From the human T2T-CHM13v2.0 reference genome, Homo sapiens: a DNA stretch of 64,000 bases. Of the stretch, positions 14,971-26,497 are shown one piece after another. A model generated the notes under the pieces. The model worked only from the letters and a program-made list of their open reading frames with translations, did not search any database and had not been told where the DNA came from. The DNA is taken from assembly GCF_009914755.1 (NCBI RefSeq), contig NC_060925.1, one strand, 5' to 3'. Both the position numbers and the translations under genes were made by a program. The first letter of the stretch is position 1. Every line of letters begins with the position of its first letter.

Positions 14971-16306
14971 TACTGCTGTTACTGGTATTATTTTTGTAGA
15001 ATTTGCTGGAAATAGCACATTAATAAAATTGCAGTTGAGATTATATGTGATTATGCTGTATACAAAGAGGTGTGAGGAGAAATCTCAATTATTTGGTTGA
15101 ATTAGAATTTCACCACTTATATACTTGATCAAAATAAATAAGTATTCTAAGTATTGAAAGTTTTGGTGTTTTCATCTTCTTAAGTACCTATTAACACTTT
15201 GAACATAAAGATTAGTTATTTGTGTACCCTTTGACCAAAAGCAAAGCTGTCATTTAAAATTATATTTTTATGTATATAAAAATCACATAGTGTCGGGATG
15301 AAGAAGACACAGTTAACAAGTGGTGAGATGTTTATATACACTATCAGCTTATTTTGCTTAAGAAAACGACTTGAGTATTGTTGCGGAAAAGTCAAAAGTA
15401 AATTAATAGAATATTTATTTTAAAGTAAGGATTTTCAACAGTACAAAGACACTTTACTGTTTGATCCAGTCGCCTTTGAGAGCTCACAGTGTCTGATATC
15501 AGATTACTATCGTTTTTCAAGATAATGTTAGGAATATAGAAATTTACATAGATTTTATAAATTTTATAGATTTTAAATTGAAACTTGAGATAGGAAGAAT
15601 TTAGGTGTCTGTTATCTGTTTTTCATGAGTCATTTTTTAAAAAACTTTTTCCAGATGGAAATTACTATCTTTTAAAGATCCTGCAAAATAGTCATAATTT
15701 GGACAAATAGAACTTGAGTTCTCTTTCTATGTACACACCTGTGTATGCACACACACACACTGTTTTTAAAACTTTTGAAGCATAAATCAGCATTATTCTA
15801 CACTGAGGGAAGGATTCCTTTTGTCTTCTGTCAAACATGCTGATCTGATTTGGTATTATCCCCTTATGTGTGACTTTTATTAAGTAATTCTGGTATTTCT
15901 GTAGTCATATAGAATAAATTAAGTGAAAGACAGGCTTGATCCAAGAGCTGGGGTGTGTTACATAGATCAGCTCTCAGAATCACTTGATTTAGAGTAGAAC
16001 ACTTAGGCTACTGATTTGAAATGGAGATAAGCACTTAAACAGTTTTAGTGTTTTCAAGTTTCACAAATGTTACAATTCTCTTCTGGTGATTTATCCCTTA
16101 ATAATAGAATAAGAGGTAAAAATGATTGTTATTAGAATTAAGAAACATTCTGACTAAATTAAGATTGACAGATTTACATACTTGTATGGAATAAAAACAC
16201 TATTTTAGTTAGTAGGTTGGTATTTCTTGATTTTAAAATTCATGATGGAGTCAAACAAAATTATTGTGAAAATACTTATAACACTCAGTAAAGTTTTTTG
16301 TTTTCC

Positions 16307-16312
16307 TTTATT
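16307..16312 (-). terminator. B3GALT2 polyadenylation signal AATAAA
   Basis: tttatt on the + strand, with U/GU-rich downstream sequence on minus (gagtgttataagtattttcacaataattttgtttg). Other minus-strand AATAAA at 17132-17137, 17243-17248 and 15876-15881 could be alternatives. Confidence 0.7.
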
Positions 16313-17537
16313 TTTAAAAACTTCATAAAAGTGCATTGTATACATTGTTCATCCTAGAATTGTGTTTGTCAAACGTTTGTAGTTTTCCCCATCCCTCCCA
16401 AAAAGGTTTTTAATTGGTGATTCAGAATATTTGTCATCTACCAAATTAAAAACTGCAGGTTTGCAAACTTGGCACTCCAAGAAAGAAATAGGTGCCATAA
16501 AATGATTAAGTGTTGGCATGTGTACACCTGCTGTCAGGAAATAAACTTCCCGTATGTTGCATTTTGGCAGACATGCATCTTAAAAATGTGTTGAATGAAA
16601 CTGCACCTGCACTCTTTATCTTTTTCAACAGTACATCCTATTTGTGCCTTTAAGTGATTACTTTTGCTTCGATTATCTTTACAGATATATTCGAAGTTAG
16701 ATATACATGAAATTAAATGGTGGTGCTGTTTAAGAGTGCAGTAATTGGTCTAATCCAATAACTCATTGAAATAGGAGTTTGGTTCTTAACATCAATGAGG
16801 AAACAAAACTTGTCTATTTTGAAACATTTAATAACTATAAAAACTTGAGCCTGAGACACATTAGTTTTTCACATTTTACCACGTCATGTCAAAATAATTT
16901 TCCCCCATATATTAATAAAAGAAAGTATTAATAAAAGAAATTTAAAATAATATCTCAGTTATTTTTAAAAAGTAAATACTTTCGTGAGAACTGCATTGAT
17001 GAAACATCTGAACTTTATAATGTGTTTGTGGAATAACTCAACTAAATCTTATTGCATTTAGAACCCTAAAATAGGTCAAAAAATTTATCCTTTGCACAAT
17101 TAAAAAGTTTCCTTAAAATTGATAGTGATGTTTTATTTACATTAAATTATATATTAAAATGAAAAGCTTAATCTAAAATGAAGGATCTTTTGACTGTCAT
17201 TTCTTGAATTAAAATTTATGTGGAAAACATATGCAGATACATTTTATTGGCCCCTAACAGAAGACTTGAACCATTGATTTATGCATGCTTGTTATTGCAT
17301 GTTAATACACAGAATCTCCTTATACAGTTTTTTAAATAGATTGTTTTGGGAAACCTTTTTTGTTATATAATGTTATAGTTTTAAGAATTAACTTCTTCAG
17401 AAATTAAAAAAATACTTCTTGAATTTCTTTATGTGATGAGTTTTAACTAAAACTTGTCCTACGGATGTAATCAGTTCTAACTATACATGCTTTTAGCAAT
17501 ATTTACAAATTGCACATTTGAAAAAAAATTGTCTTTT

Positions 17538-18806
17538 CTAATGTAGTTTACGGTGGCGATACCTGCCTGCCTTTTCTTTTGCTGCGTTGGCACAGGCATT
17601 GTGCTTATTTTGTTGTAAATGGTTCCAGTATTTTATCAGTTCACTAGGCTGGAACTGATGAGAGGTAATTAGGTGGCTGTATTTACAGCTCGAATAAGAG
17701 ACTCGCCAGTGATTGAACACAAACTCATTGGGAGGGGGTACAGGATCAATTCTCAACTTGGCAAGACAGATCCCTACATATACATCTTCCAAGTGCAAAC
17801 GGCGGATACCTAAAGAAACTTTAAAAATCTTTTCTGCCAGATCTCCAGAAAAAACATAACCAGTTCCAGAACAGAAGACAGGATAACGCTCACTTGGGTA
17901 GAGGTCTGGTGGCATGTACCACTTGCTATCTTTGTTTCGATTGGGTGCATATCCTCGCATTAGGTAACCAGTGAAATAGTTATGTCTGGGAGGCAGATCT
18001 GGCTTCAGTAACTTATTGATTAAATATTCAGTGTTGACAAACATGTCACTGTCAGTTTTCATAACATATGGAATATGTGGACAGTATGTTGCAACCCAGT
18101 TCATGCCCATTAGTGTTTTAATGGTCAAATTATAGTACGTATCTAAGTATTCCTGTTGAATTATATCATGATATTGTCTGCTTTCTTCCAGTATTGCACG
18201 TTGAAGGTAGCCATTTAGCTTAATACTTAAGCCCAACAAAAATATTCTTGTGATTTGAATACCAGGTGCTAGACTTTCATTGCCCCAAGTTTGCCGAATA
18301 GCTCTTCTAGCTTCTATTTGTCCAGGCTCTGCAGCTATTAGTAGTATTAAAAAAGGACTTTTCTCTTGGCATTTTTCAGGCTCATTAATAATATATTTGA
18401 AATGGTAAGAATTTGGATGTCCAGTACCTTTTTCATTGTAAATACTTCCATTGGCACTAAGTGTATTCTCCAGGCCTGTAACTCCTTGTGGTGACAGGTC
18501 TGTGTTATTAGAGTTAGTTGCTGTTTGAGGCCTCAGGGTTTGAGGGACTGTTTCTTTCCAAATGTTCCGAAGGGAGCTGTGGTTTGTCTCACTTTTTGTT
18601 GACCGAAATCCTCGGAAAGTGTATGTCACAGGGTTTTCTTTGAATCCAGCTCTGCCTGGCAGCCAGTCATGATGATTGAAAAACAAAAACATAGCAAAAA
18701 GAAACACTAGAGAAAGTACTCCAATAAGATGAGTGCGGAACAGAGACCTTTTGGCATTCCAGGTCATCTTTGCAAAGCAGCAGTGTCTTCTCCTCCACTG
18801 AAGCAT
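17538..18806 (-). CDS. B3GALT2: Beta-1,3-galactosyltransferase 2 (422 aa, GT31 family, Golgi type II membrane protein); CDS within one exon
   Basis: First in-frame ATG at 18806 (MLQWRRRHCCFAK...). TM segment LIGVLSLVFLFAMFLFF, AIRQTWG motif, DTYYNLTIKT, KTDSD (DxD) and LHLEDVYVG are GT31 motifs; ends RYRHRKLH-TAG. The ORF-track start at 18905 is a GTG. Confidence 0.98.
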   Translation of the reverse strand: MLQWRRRHCCFAKMTWNAKRSLFRTHLIGVLSLVFLFAMFLFFNHHDWLPGRAGFKENPVTYTFRGFRSTKSETNHSSLRNIWKETVPQTLRPQTATNSNNTDLSPQGVTGLENTLSANGSIYNEKGTGHPNSYHFKYIINEPEKCQEKSPFLILLIAAEPGQIEARRAIRQTWGNESLAPGIQITRIFLLGLSIKLNGYLQRAILEESRQYHDIIQQEYLDTYYNLTIKTLMGMNWVATYCPHIPYVMKTDSDMFVNTEYLINKLLKPDLPPRHNYFTGYLMRGYAPNRNKDSKWYMPPDLYPSERYPVFCSGTGYVFSGDLAEKIFKVSLGIRRLHLEDVYVGICLAKLRIDPVPPPNEFVFNHWRVSYSSCKYSHLITSHQFQPSELIKYWNHLQQNKHNACANAAKEKAGRYRHRKLH

Positions 18807-21800
18807 GTTGTAAATATCCAGTAGTGGTATATGAGAGATTGGTGACCAAAAATGTTTTCTTCTCCTTAATACTATTCTTTGGCAATCATTTTCTAATTCA
18901 GTCACATTGTCTCTCTTGTAGTCATTCTATAAAAATGAAGCACAAAAGTTTACAGAACTGCCTGAAAGGGACTTTGGGTACTAATATGATCAGGGCAAAT
19001 AGGAATGTCTTAAGCTGTGAAAATATAACCCAGGAACGAAGCTTGTAATTTATTTCCCCTTGGCAACATAACATCACTGAGAACAAGATTAATTTATTTA
19101 AAAATATACCTTTGTAGCACAGTGAGCATTTTAAAGAGATGAGGTGATGGATTCATTTCATTGTCTTGTTACACTGGTCATTTGTACTTTTGACCCAAGT
19201 TAAAGATTTAAAAGTTGAATGTATTCGAGAAAAATGTTACTAGATTTCTGAGAAGGGTTGTGTAAAAACGCCTTAAGAGCAGATGGAAAATTTATTGGCA
19301 TTAATTAAAATTGATTTGACATACTATTGGTGGTATGGTGCACAGTCAGAGGCCTTTTTTGTAAAATGGTCATGTATCAGTTGTGGGACAGACGGTGCAA
19401 GGTTGATTATGGCAGAGTTCTGTTAGTCACAGTACACTGCTTGGCATGTTTCCATTGGCCCCTACTGTGTTGAGAAAGTCAATGAGAAGATGCACCTGTC
19501 AAAATTAATTTTCAGGGTCTAGTAACTTCAGTGTAGGATTTTTAGACAGTAATAAATGATTAACACTTTCAAAAATTTTAACTTTTCTTTGTAAATATGA
19601 AGTATTCATGATATAATTGTTCTTAGACTTAAGATTAATTTTAAAATACAGCATGTAAGTGTCTTTGATTATCTATGGCTTTGGCAGAACACTGTTACAT
19701 ATCTTGGTTGAGTCTCCATGTTAGAATTAAAAGAGCTACTTTGAAACCAACTGTTTAAAATTCTGAATTTCACACAATATATTTTTAAATATCCTTGAGT
19801 TGTGCTTTATTCTAAATTTACATGCAGATAATTTGTTAAACTTTTAGAACTTGTCATTAGCACAGTTAGAGCCCTATATTTTAAAAAGGTTATGAGATGG
19901 CAATATGTGAGGTTCATGATGGCATATATTAAGAACTGGTTATGTTATCTTGCAACAAGGTTTTCAGTGCATAGCACAGATTTGTTCACATTTGTTCTTA
20001 GTGTTTTTGTTGTTGTTTTTAGTTTTTGGGGACCAATATGTCGAGGGAGTAGAGGTGGGCAAAGAGGTATAGTTTGAATTCCATTAAAACAGGAGAAAAC
20101 TTTTTGACAAGGAGTGATGAATATGTAATTTTAATTTTTCCAACTTTTTATTATGAAAATTACTTCTTTAAGCAAAAGAAATCAATTAAAAAGTTTTAAT
20201 ACAGGAGCATTTATTTGAAATTACAGTGTATGCATAAATACATGTATGTATTTAGCCTGTGATAATGAGAGAGTCATGGTTAATATTAAATTTGTTTAAC
20301 CTTGGCATAAATTTAATTACTTCTAGGAAATAGAATTTACATGGAAATCCTCATGTAATTGAATAGTTATAAAGTAAAATTCACATACATAACGTTAAGT
20401 ACTTTGAAAATATTGATTGAAAGTGTTAGATGTAAATGAATGAAAGTGCTATTATAGTAGCAGCCACTAGGAGGAGCAAGTAGGTGGGAATTTGAACAAA
20501 TATCTAAGGTCCAACCATATAGGCACCAGCGTTTGAAATTTCTAGTTTCTGAGATTACAGAGTACTTTTAGAAGTTATAATATTTCTAAAATGTAAAAAA
20601 ATTAAGCATTTTGAAAGATGTGAACAATTTTTTTAAGTTTGGAATTTTAAAAGCAAATCATCTAGTATGCTATTTGTTAGAATTTGTTTATATGAATTTA
20701 AACTCAGCATTAGTGTAATGAAAACCAAGGCTATTCACTGTACCAACAAAACATAGTTCTGCTGTAAGCTAAGCTGAAAATAATAGAGCTGAGCATTCTG
20801 ATTTAGAAACTCAGTGTTTTCCTTCTTGTACTTTTAAATAGCTGGCCATTCTTTTTAGACCAGGGAACTATTTTTAAGCTTTTATTTCCAAATGACATAT
20901 TTGGTAAATAATAATGACTCTCCGCTCCACTTCATAAGGATATCAGTAGATATAAGGGTTATGTATGTAAATTCAAAAGAAACAAAAGTTGCTTTTAAAA
21001 TTTATTTGATAATCTGTTCTAAGTGTTACAAAGATAAGTTATCTGTTTTCTGCTGATATGATAATACTTGGAATCTGGTTGAAGTCCAATTATACAGATT
21101 TTTTTTAAAGTGTAAATTTGATGGTGTAAGAAGGAGTAAACAATAAGGTCAGATGTTTGAATGGATGTTTGAGTTAAAGGACTGAGTAAATAAATGATGG
21201 AAAATAATCATAATTTATGTTGCTTTTATAAGAACAATATACCTGAAGATGTCTCTAAAGTATTTTAGTATTACAGAAAACAGCAAATTATTGCATATTG
21301 TAATGTAGCATAAATACATAGTTTTGGTCCTAATATGATTTTGTAACAGTATGTGATAGAGATGCATCTTAATTTAGACTTCATGGTATTTGTATGTTTT
21401 AGATGTTAAGCTGTTGAGATATTAAATCCATATATAACTATAAATCTCCCATTGATAAATGAAGTGCATGTGTCTAGCCTTTAAAAAATTCCTTATTAAA
21501 AGATTCTCAGGTCTTATAAATTTTTTTGTTAAAAAGAATATAAAATTAAAATAACCATGCCTGCTTTTTATTAAATGATAAAATTATTCTCCAGTTATTG
21601 CCTGTTGTATTTTAATTCTTAAAAAGAGAGAGCAAAACAAGAAAGTTCAGTAGTATGCAAAATAGTTCTGCACTTTTACATTTTTAGAAGAGAAATAGCT
21701 TTGGTTTATCTCTTCTTTTTTGATATCTTCACATTATTAATGTGTATTTATAGCTTGTGGATGAAGTTCATGGGGAGAATGTTACTGTAAAATGCTGTTC

Positions 21801-23262
21801 AGTACACACTCAGTTTTTATCATTTGGCTTTTAAAAGTGTTGATCTCTTTAGTCTGTTGGTGATGGTTTAATAGAAAAACTTACACTTTTGTTTTGAGAT
21901 GTATAGCTTATAAAACTGCTTAATTGGTGACTTCAATATTGAGAGATTAAGGTACCAAGAGGGACTTGAAATTTTTACAACCATATTTTTTAGTACTATT
22001 TATTATTAGTCTTTATTAGAATAAAAATTCATGGGTGAGAGTGATGTTGAGGTGTAATAGAGTCTGGTAAACTTGTTTAATCTTCATTTTGGAATGCAGT
22101 ACTTACATATTTTTAAAAAATGTTTGCCTTTTGTGATTATTAGATAATTACTGAGTTGTGTTGTGAAATTGAGGAAAAATCAGGATCTTTGATAGATTTG
22201 TAGAATTTTAGAAATATCTTTAAGTTCTTGAGCCCTGAGTTGCTGTTCTATGATTGTTGCTAAAATAGTTTATTTGGTTTATCTGTGCCCTGCACACACA
22301 TATAGTGGCGGTAGTTCATTACTGCATATTAATATAGCCTGGAAGCATAGTAGCTACATTTATATTTAATTTTTTGACCTTGTATTGCCATTTGTGGATA
22401 TTTTTGTATCAAAGTATTTCCATATTATGTTTTTGAATTTCACTTCTGAAATGATAATCAGAGACAACGTTAAATTTGATCATTTGGAATCAGTCTTTTA
22501 CATAAAATGTAAGCTATTTAAAATAGTTAATTTTTAAAGCCACTATTGATGTCCCTTTGTTTAAAGTTCTATTCATGGTCACTATAATAACACGAGGCTC
22601 TATTGTGGGGTTATGCATAAACTCACACTACCTTATGTGATCTTATGTTAATGCTTTCCTTTTAGTATCTTCTTGTAGCTTGGTAATATTTAAAATTTGT
22701 TGATACTCTCTTTGGTTGTGTTCATTATCTTCATTTAGGGAGATGTTGGGGAAGATTTTGTTACTAAAAGCTGTTACATATTAAGGTTTTGTTTTAAAAG
22801 GACTTTGAAAAAAAAACTCTTAAGGTTTTCCTTGCTACTATTTAATGAAATTTCACTGCATTGTGTCTTTTGATAGCCATTTTTAAGAGAGCATTTAATT
22901 TACTAGATAAGGATTCAGTTTGACCTAATTTGATAGAATATTGCTGTGTTTTTTGTAAAGGGCTACAGATTTTTTTTTAAGTTTAATTTCTTAAGGAATC
23001 CTTTAAACACATCTTCTTCTTATTTGCCTTTTCCCTCTGATGTCTATTACCCAGAATTACTCCAAGCTACATATTTAGCTGCATAAAGCAGTGACAGCTT
23101 GTCTTCTAAACAATGACAAATTTTAAAATCAGATATTAAGAAACCTTTTCATAGTTTCAAGGGCAGTGAGCTGTATGAACTTGCTTATCAGGTATTAGTG
23201 CCTCCAGGGCTATAAAAAGGTAACACATTTAAATGACTATCATACACAAGATATTGACATAC

Positions 23263-23850
23263 CTTCCTTGGTCAGGCCATTTATGTGAAGAGGATTATGC
23301 CCACTGAAAATACTTTTGGCACGCCATCACTTCAGCAAAAAAGATGCTATCGAACATGCGCACATCCCCCAACAGTCTGCCTCCTGCGATTGCTTTTCAC
23401 AGTATCCAAAGTGTCCATCTGTCTGCTTGTCTTCGAGTTACCCTCCTTGTTCATATGGGTCCTAGTCTTCTGAAATTTTCCCTTTCTTTCATTTTCTCTC
23501 TTTCGTTAAACAAAAGAGCTGTAGTTGCCCGTTCTGCTTGTAGCACTGTTGACTCTTCCCGACAGTTGATGCATTGAAGCTTTTTACATCTGCTATTTTC
23601 CTGGCTGGACAATGCAGTGCTGTGTTCTCGTCTCAGTATCCATATTTCTACTAATAACACTGAGCTGCAATGTAAAGCAGCCAGAGCTAAAATGTAGTGC
23701 TTCAGTTGTATTGGAAAAGAATAGGATTTACCTCTCTTCTTTCGTTGTTGCCTGGCAGCTGCAGGAAGGATTTTGAGCAGTTTTAATGGGGTTTTAGTCT
23801 ATAATATGAAATCCACGGTTCCTCAGCTGCTGCACAGGCAGGCAGCAGTT
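23263..23850 (-). other. B3GALT2: B3GALT2 exon 1 (non-coding); 5' end approximate
   Basis: Strong minus-strand donor AAG|GTATGT at 23263/23262. Locally higher GC and CpG than the flanking intron, with promoter-like motifs just upstream. Confidence 0.75.
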
Positions 23851-23930
23851 TAAATGTGGGCTTGACAGATGCTCTCTCTGACAGAGCAGAATTTAACGTC
23901 ACTGCTTGGCTGAATCCCACGTGATTGTTT
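23845..23930 (-). promoter_or_regulatory. Putative B3GALT2 proximal promoter (TATA-like, CRE-like, E-box)
   Basis: On the minus strand: CATTTAAA at ~23849-23856, TGACGTTA at 23894-23901, CACGTG at 23918-23923. The latter two retain CpGs in otherwise CpG-depleted sequence. Confidence 0.55.
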
Positions 23931-26140
23931 GCATTCATTTTGACTAAAAACCTAAGGTAGGGAGAAGCTTAGAGATTTTGCTTTTATGTGATAAATTATA
24001 TATGTTGAATGCAAGTGTAGTGATGAGTGAATAATTTGAAAATGTGATGATTATGAAATGGTTATGATTTTATTTTTTCCAGCTTACTTCCTTTTTTAAC
24101 TTTATTCTTAAGTACAGGCTTTCTAAGTGTTTTCTGTGTTAGATGTTGGTTTTCATGTTTCTTACATGCTTTTGTAGGGTGTAAGCAGTATAAGCTTTTG
24201 TGTGTAAGTTGGTGTAATTTAACCCCTTCAGTGCATTCTCTTCTTGAAGTTTTTTTTCTCTGCTTTCAAATTGCTCTTGATTTTTTACTAATATGTAGTT
24301 AAGACCTATGGTTTCTATTGAAACCATGTATCTTTGTAATTTAGATCCCCCCCCCCGTTTTCTGGGGTTTGTATAAATAAGCTGTCTTGGATTACTTTAC
24401 TAATGCATGATGTGATACAGCCCACTTCTTTTTTGCTCTTATGTGGTTTTTGGTGTTCTTGATGGCAGAAAACTTTATTTTAAATCACTTTTTAATGTTG
24501 TCATTTATTTTTTATTTATTTTTCCTTCCCTTTAAAATTACATGTATCGTAGAATTCAGTAAAATGATGTAATAGATATAGCACACTTGTACAGGATCTG
24601 GGGGTAATGAGATTTTACTAATTATGTTTACTTATTCTAATGTTTCAGAAAGATTTAATAACTTGCCATGAGGCAGATTTTATTAACACTACACACTCAC
24701 TGAGATTTTTCTAATATGGTTAGTTTCTGGGGCTGGCACCTTCTTTTCTTACTGCAGAGCAGTAGGGAAGGTTTTTTTAAATTTTTTGTTGTAGTAAAAA
24801 GCCTTTATTATCAGTTTTTCCTCTGTGACTCTAGGGACAGTAATTCAGTCCTAGAAAGTTATAGTTTTGGAGCTTAAGCTAAAGGTTAACAGTTATATAC
24901 ATATTCTTCATCTCACTGCCTCCACCATTAATATATGCTATTTCAAATGAATATGAATTTGTTTTCTCTGATATTAAAAAAAATTTTGTCCACATATTTT
25001 TGAGCTTTGCTGATGAAATGTGCTTTGTAGTTTTAAGAACCCCACTGTATTAGAAATGTTAGAAGGATCGTTAAAGAAAAAAAAGAATTTTATAAATAGG
25101 AAACCTAAAGCCTAGACTGAGCTTTGACTTTTCCTAGTTAAGTTTGAAGGAGAGGACTAAAACCCAACTTCCTTGTAGTCTATATCCACCCATACTGCAA
25201 TTCTCACTCACTACCGTTTTGTTTTTAAAATTAGTTTACTAGTTAACAGAGTAATGCTTAAGAACTTACTTAAAATAACTTATTTTCCAGAAGTACAGAT
25301 GTGTTTTTGTAGATCAGTATTTATTTATCAGTGATTCTTTACATAGGATTTGACTATGAAGCTAGCCACAATGACCATTTATGGAGTATTTACTGAAAAT
25401 CAGATTGCGTGCTAAGCTTACTTGAGCTGTTATGCAAATGGCTCTTTTCTAATAATTTTATTATTGTAATACCCACTTAAAAGATGCAGAACCAGTGCCT
25501 GGAGTTGTAAAATAGTCCAAATGTCAGATAAATACTGATAAGAATAGAGGCCAAGCTGGGAATTGAAGCAAGATTATCTAAATTCTTATCCTCTGTGTTT
25601 TTGTTTTCTTTTTAAATCTATCTAGTACTATCATTATTCTCTGTTCTTAAACTTTTTATTACATGGCACTGCTAGAGAAATTGTGGGATTTTTTTTTTTT
25701 CTGAACACTGGCGCAGCATACCCAGGAATCATTAATAGAATAATAAATGAATGTTTATATTTTCACTTTTTCAACAGGTACATATTGATTAACTACTGTG
25801 TACCAACATGTGCATTTAGGCATAGCTTATTAAGTATAGGGGATACAAAGTTGATTTAGAGACATTCCCTACCCCTTTCTCCAGGAAAGGACTAAATAAT
25901 TATTATTCTTTTGCCAGTTCTTTTGATTGGATTTTTTTAATGTCTCCCTGGATTATTATAGATTTTGATTATTAAGAGAGTTATATGGGTAACGTATTCA
26001 TTAGTGGGTCCCTCCAGTATCGGATTGAGTCCCTGAATTTCCAGTGGGACCCCCCCGCCCCGAACTGCTTGTTATGGGACAAGTATTTAAACAGCAAGAA
26101 ACTTCCAAATATTACTAACAAAAGGTGCCTATGTACTTAA

Positions 26141-26497
<357 letters not shown>

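Larger units (their letters stand above)
16290..18926 (-). other. B3GALT2: B3GALT2 exon 2 (120-nt 5'UTR part + CDS + ~1.25 kb 3'UTR)
   Basis: Minus-strand acceptor cttcatttttatag|AATGAC with AG at 18928-18927. 3' end inferred about 20 nt past the AATAAA at 16312-16307. Confidence 0.85.

Noticed and set aside
18807-18905. ORF-track 455-aa version of B3GALT2 as the primary CDS
   Set aside because: It starts at a GTG. The first in-frame ATG (18806) gives the recognised 422-aa protein, so the extension is kept only as a hypothesis.
23285-23577. + strand ORFs opposite B3GALT2 exon 1
   Set aside because: No homology that I recognise and no supported exon structure; probably reflects locally higher GC.
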